Below the pieces are notes generated by a model, which had not been told where the DNA came from, ran no database searches, and worked only from the letters and a program-made list of their open reading frames with translations. DNA of 64,000 nt. It comes from an uncultured Methanolobus sp. GTDB lineage: Archaea; Halobacteriota; Methanosarcinia; Methanosarcinales; Methanosarcinaceae. Location of the stretch: the NCBI GenBank assembly GCA_963675495.1, contig OY776215.1, positions 1,280,001 through 1,344,000 on the forward strand, written 5' to 3'. Of this stretch, positions 59,748-64,000 are shown piece by piece (the first letter of the stretch is position 1; the number at the start of each line of letters is the position of its first letter). Made by a program: the position numbers and the translations under genes.

Positions 59748-61175
59748 ATGACAGCATGGACTGATATTTCAAGCATAAAGCAAAGAATTGCGGACTCTTG
59801 CGCCGAAGAGGTCACAGCAGCCTACATAGAGACCATCGGCAAGAGTAAGATCAACGGATTCACAACCCTCTGGGACGAGGCGATTAACACAGCCCGTGAA
59901 ATTGACTCAAACGGCCACGAAGGACCTCTGGCAGGAGTTCCCATCGCCATCAAGGAGAACATATCCACAAAAGGACTCTCCACAACCTGTTCATCTAAGA
60001 TACTGGAGGGATATGTACCACCATATGATGCACATGTCATTGAGAGATTGAAGGAAGCAGGTGCAGTAATTCTCGGAAAGACCAACATGGACGAGTTTGC
60101 CATGGGAACTTCCACCGAATCAAGCTGTTACGGACCCACATTCAACCCATGGGACCTTGAAAGAGTACCCGGCGGATCATCAGGCGGCAGCGCTGCTGTT
60201 GTAGCAGCAGGAGAAGCACCCATATCTCTTGGATCAGACACAGGCGGGTCGGTCAGATGTCCGGCAGCATACTGTGGCGTAGTGGGACTCAAACCAACCT
60301 ACGGATGTATCTCAAGATACGGACTCATCTCTTACGCAAACTCACTGGAGCAAATTGGTCCTCTGGCAACAAATGTAGCAGACATTGCAACAATTATGGA
60401 CGTTGTCGCAGGATACGACCACAGGGATAGCACATCCATCAACAGGGAAAACACATACAGCGATGCCTTGAAGGACGATGTAAAAGGAATGAAAATAGGC
60501 GTACCTGATGAGTACTTCGGTGAGGGCATCGACAAGGATGTCGAGAAATCTGTATGGGATGCTATCAGCAAATTCGAGGATATGGGAGCTACTTACGAAA
60601 AGGTGTCCATGCCACACACAAAATACGCACTTGCATCTTATTATATCATAGCCATGAGCGAAGCCTCATCCAACCTTGCACGTTTTGACGGAACCAGATT
60701 CGGACACCGTGCAGATGGAGAGAACTGGCATGTTATGGCATCAAAGACCCGTGCAGAAGGTTTCGGAACTGAGGTCAAACGCAGGGTATTACTTGGAACC
60801 TACGCACTTTCAGCAGGTTACCATGATAAGTACTATCTTAAAGCACTCAAGGTAAGGACCCTTGTGAAGCAGGACTTTGATAAGGCTCTTGCAAACGTTG
60901 ATGTGCTTATGGCACCAACCATGCCGGCACCAGCATTCAAGATCGGTGAGAAGATCGAGGACCCACTTTCACTCTACCTATCAGATGTCAACACAGTACC
61001 AATGAACCTTGCAGGTGTGCCATCTATCTCAGTGCCATGTGGATTTGCAGGTGACATGCCTGTTGGACTGCAGATAATAGGCAAGCATTTCGATGAGAAT
61101 ACTATCATCAAGGCAGCCTATAGTTTCGAGCAGAATACCAATCACCACACCAGAAGACCACCGGAGGTGGCATAA
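59748..61175 (+). CDS. gatA: Asp/Glu-tRNA amidotransferase subunit A
   Basis: Amidase signature [29 protein letters not shown]. Confidence 0.96.
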   Translation: MTAWTDISSIKQRIADSCAEEVTAAYIETIGKSKINGFTTLWDEAINTAREIDSNGHEGPLAGVPIAIKENISTKGLSTTCSSKILEGYVPPYDAHVIERLKEAGAVILGKTNMDEFAMGTSTESSCYGPTFNPWDLERVPGGSSGGSAAVVAAGEAPISLGSDTGGSVRCPAAYCGVVGLKPTYGCISRYGLISYANSLEQIGPLATNVADIATIMDVVAGYDHRDSTSINRENTYSDALKDDVKGMKIGVPDEYFGEGIDKDVEKSVWDAISKFEDMGATYEKVSMPHTKYALASYYIIAMSEASSNLARFDGTRFGHRADGENWHVMASKTRAEGFGTEVKRRVLLGTYALSAGYHDKYYLKALKVRTLVKQDFDKALANVDVLMAPTMPAPAFKIGEKIEDPLSLYLSDVNTVPMNLAGVPSISVPCGFAGDMPVGLQIIGKHFDENTIIKAAYSFEQNTNHHTRRPPEVA

Positions 61176-62596
61176 TGGTTTACGAGAACCCTGACGGAGT
61201 AAGAATTGGTCTTGAGGTCCACGTCCAGCTGAACAAGCTCAACACAAAGCTGTTCTGTGGCTGTTCCACAAAATACCACGACTCCGAACCTAACACCCAC
61301 GTATGTCCTGTATGCCTTGGACTTCCAGGTTCATTGCCGGTCATCAACGAGAAAGCAGTCGAGTACGCCATGAAGATAGGTCTTGCACTGAACTGCAGTA
61401 TCGTTGAGCAGACCCAATTCCACAGGAAGAACTACTACTACCCGGACCTTCCAAAAGGCTTCCAGACCACCCAGTATGATTTCCCGATAGCAGGCGAAGG
61501 AAAGATAGTGATTGAGGGAGAGGATGGAGAACGTGTCATCGGAATAACACGTGCTCACATGGAAGAAGACCCTGGAAGACTCCAGCACATGGGAAGCATC
61601 GACAAGTCCAAAGGCACACTCATTAACTACAACCGTTCAGGAATGACACTTATCGAGATTGTCAGCGAACCTGATATGAGAAGCCCAAAGGAAGCAAGAC
61701 GCTATCTGGACAAACTCAGGAGCATACTTGATTACCTTGACGTTTTCGACGGCGACCTTGAGGGAGCAATGAGAGTTGATGCCAATGTTTCGGTGTTCAT
61801 GGGCGAGCGTGTTGAGGTCAAGAATATCTCGTCCTTCAAAGGCGCAGAGAGGGCACTGCTCTACGAGATAATGAGGCAGAAGAACCATATCAGACGTGGT
61901 GGCGAGATCACACTGGAAACCAGACACTTCGATGAAGCCAGAGGTGTGACACTTTCCATGCGTACCAAGGAAACAGAGAATGATTACCGTTACTTCCCTG
62001 AGCCTGACCTTGTACCACTCAGAGTTGCAGATAGAGTGCCGGAAGTGCTCGAAACATTGCCGGAACTTCCTGATGCAAAGAGAGAGCGTTTCGTAAAGGA
62101 ATACGGCATTATCGATATGCATGCAAGGGCGCTCACAACCGAAATAAAGGTGGCAGACTTCTACGAAGCTGTGGCAGCAAAGGTAGACCCAAAAGCAGCA
62201 GCAGTATGGGTTGCAGATGTCCTGAAGGGCGAGCTCAACTACCGTGATCTTAGCATCGATGCATTCTCAGTGGAAGATATTGTTGCCATCATTGAACTGG
62301 TTACCAGTGACAAGATCACCGAGCAGAGTGGTGTAGAGATTATCCGTACTGTAAGGGATAACGGAGGCAAACCACAGGACATTGTAAAAGAGAAAGGACT
62401 TCTCAAGGTGGCAGACGATATTGTTGCAACAGCCGTTGGAGAAGCAATTGCCGAGAACCCTGAAGCTGTAACAGATTTCCATGCAGGCAAGGAGAAGTCA
62501 ATGAACTTCCTTGTTGGTAAGGTAATGCAAAAGACAAAAGGTCGTGCTGACGCCCGTGAAGCAAGAGAGAAACTCATTGCGAAATTAAATGAGTAA
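61175..62596 (+). CDS. gatB: Asp/Glu-tRNA amidotransferase subunit B
   Basis: IGLEVHVQL, CPVCLG.PG, RKNY.YPDLPK, HMEED.G, YRYFPEPDL. Confidence 0.96.
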   Translation: MVYENPDGVRIGLEVHVQLNKLNTKLFCGCSTKYHDSEPNTHVCPVCLGLPGSLPVINEKAVEYAMKIGLALNCSIVEQTQFHRKNYYYPDLPKGFQTTQYDFPIAGEGKIVIEGEDGERVIGITRAHMEEDPGRLQHMGSIDKSKGTLINYNRSGMTLIEIVSEPDMRSPKEARRYLDKLRSILDYLDVFDGDLEGAMRVDANVSVFMGERVEVKNISSFKGAERALLYEIMRQKNHIRRGGEITLETRHFDEARGVTLSMRTKETENDYRYFPEPDLVPLRVADRVPEVLETLPELPDAKRERFVKEYGIIDMHARALTTEIKVADFYEAVAAKVDPKAAAVWVADVLKGELNYRDLSIDAFSVEDIVAIIELVTSDKITEQSGVEIIRTVRDNGGKPQDIVKEKGLLKVADDIVATAVGEAIAENPEAVTDFHAGKEKSMNFLVGKVMQKTKGRADAREAREKLIAKLNE

Positions 62597-62756
62597 TCCT
62601 TTAAGGTAGGAAGGGGCATTTAGCCCCATTCCCTAAATTTTCATAATTTAGTCTGTTATTTTCCTGAAACTGTTTTAAGTTAACTTTGTTTTCGTTTCAG
62701 AGATGCTGTGATTATCTTAGCGAGCTTAAGTTTAAACTTGCCCGGTAAAAACATAA

Positions 62757-63098
62757 TTACAGGTGATGTTCATCCACATTCGCAAGGAACGCTTCTCCAC
62801 GTGGAGTGACAATGTAGGTGTTCTCGCCATCTTTTTCAATGTAGAGAGTATCCACGAGCATGTCAAGATTCAGCTTTGCCTGTACATTATTAAGGTCGAA
62901 CTTGGCCTTGACCTCATCAAAGGTCATTTTTCCTTCACCCATGGCTTCAAGCATGTGTCTGCGGACAGGGTTCTGCATGGCCTTCAGACCAGCCCTGTGA
63001 TCCTCTGTGGGATTCTCCTTTAGCTTGCCCTCTTTCTTTGCTTTCTCATACCATTCCTGTCTTCTTTGCTCCAGATCATCATTTGTCATATCAATCAT
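62757..63098 (-). CDS. Small winged-helix (ArsR-like) protein
   Basis: A.QNPVRR..L and Y..TPRG motifs. Confidence 0.65.
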   Translation of the reverse strand: MIDMTNDDLEQRRQEWYEKAKKEGKLKENPTEDHRAGLKAMQNPVRRHMLEAMGEGKMTFDEVKAKFDLNNVQAKLNLDMLVDTLYIEKDGENTYIVTPRGEAFLANVDEHHL

Positions 63099-63305
63099 TC
63101 ATTATTAATGATTATACTTATTATATAGTTTATCCTGTGGAAAGAAGAATTAGCATGAATATTTATACCATAGAAGACAGTGACAGGATAACTCAATAGG
63201 ATACGAAATAGAGCATGGATTTGCCAAAACAATTATATGTTTTGAGCATCATGTAAGCAGCCTATTATTCTAATAATACATATTACAATCATTTAGGTGA
63301 AAATA

Positions 63306-63452
63306 ATGGCAAGATTCCCAGAAGCTGAACATAGGATATTGATAAAGAAGATCTGTATGGATTGCAATGCCCGCAATGCAGTACGTGCAACAAGATGCAG
63401 GAAATGCGGAAGCAAAGACCTGCGTATGAAATCCAAGGAAACGAGAGGCTGA
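63306..63452 (+). CDS. rpl40e: 50S ribosomal protein L40e
   Basis: Not in ORF track. [56 protein letters not shown]. Confidence 0.95.
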   Translation: MARFPEAEHRILIKKICMDCNARNAVRATRCRKCGSKDLRMKSKETRG

Positions 63453-63460
63453 TCTTTCTC

Positions 63461-64000
63461 ATGCAAGTGGAAGAGTACCTCAACAAGATCGCAGAAAGCG
63501 AAGGTACAGTTCACTTGACACTTATCGATCCGGCATCACAGACTCCAGAAGAGGCTGCAGAGATCGCATATGCTGCAACCCTCGGAGGAACAGATGCTAT
63601 TATGATCGGTGGTTCCACAGGAGCCGGAGGAGTGGTACTGGATCAGACACTCCTTAAGATAAAAGAGAAAACAGACAAACCTACCATCCTGTTCCCAGGC
63701 AACGCGGCAGGTGTCAGCATGTATGCTGATGCTATCTTTTTCATGAGCCTGCTGAATTCCCGTGACATTAATTTTGTCACGACAAACCAGGCAATGGGAG
63801 CACCGCTTGTTTACAAGAGTGGGATTGAGCCCATCTCCATGGCTTACTTGATAGTAGAGCCAGGGGGAACGGTTGGTTGGGTCGGCGATGCCAGACTAAT
63901 ACCAAAACATAAGCCAGAACTTGCAGTTGCTTATGCACTTGCAGGAAAATACCTTGGCATGCACTACACTTATCTGGAAGCAGGCTCTGGTGCTGATGCG
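63461..64000 (+). CDS. Geranylgeranylglyceryl phosphate synthase, partial (runs off the window end)
   Basis: Manual translation: HLTLIDP, DAIMIGGS, ILFPG, FFMSLLNS, YLEAGSGA. Confidence 0.92.
   Translation, partial: MQVEEYLNKIAESEGTVHLTLIDPASQTPEEAAEIAYAATLGGTDAIMIGGSTGAGGVVLDQTLLKIKEKTDKPTILFPGNAAGVSMYADAIFFMSLLNSRDINFVTTNQAMGAPLVYKSGIEPISMAYLIVEPGGTVGWVGDARLIPKHKPELAVAYALAGKYLGMHYTYLEAGSGADA

Noticed and set aside
1-64000. CRISPR array, tRNA/rRNA genes, intact transposase or integrase
   Set aside because: No regularly spaced direct repeats, cloverleaf or rRNA-like sequence, or DDE/tyrosine-recombinase ORF recognised by eye. tRNAscan, CRISPR finders and ISfinder were not run.

Overview
Chromosomal segment of a methanogenic archaeon, most likely Methanosarcinaceae (Methanolobus-like). 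This is inferred from methanogenesis marker proteins 8 and 14, mfnB, an FrhB-family gene, archaeal lipid genes, rpl40e and archaeal SAM synthetase. The window is mostly housekeeping: nadC/nadX/nadA, eno, mat, HARP, cdc48, tmk, polX, copZ/copA, gatCAB and GGGP/DGGGP synthases. It also holds a dense set of MacB/LolCDE/FtsEX-type (type VII) ABC components with COG1361 surface proteins, Yip1, a PGF-CTERM protein and a divergent tubulin/FtsZ homologue. Reading outside the ORF track gave: a ~100-nt candidate sRNA with BRE/TATA, paired ends, C-rich anti-SD loop and U-tract (8125-8228); a decayed Rhs core-end fragment next to a RelBE-type TA pair; a 42-aa zinc-ribbon microprotein; a 32-aa basic sORF; rpl40e; three genes that appear to start at ATC/ATT/CTG; several operator palindromes; a divergent 'split Fsr-like' Dsr-LP / YHS-FrhB pair; and a mirror-symmetric G/T wobble skew flanking an accessory cassette. 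No rRNA, tRNA, CRISPR array or intact transposase was recognised. All family calls come from motif recognition, not database searches.
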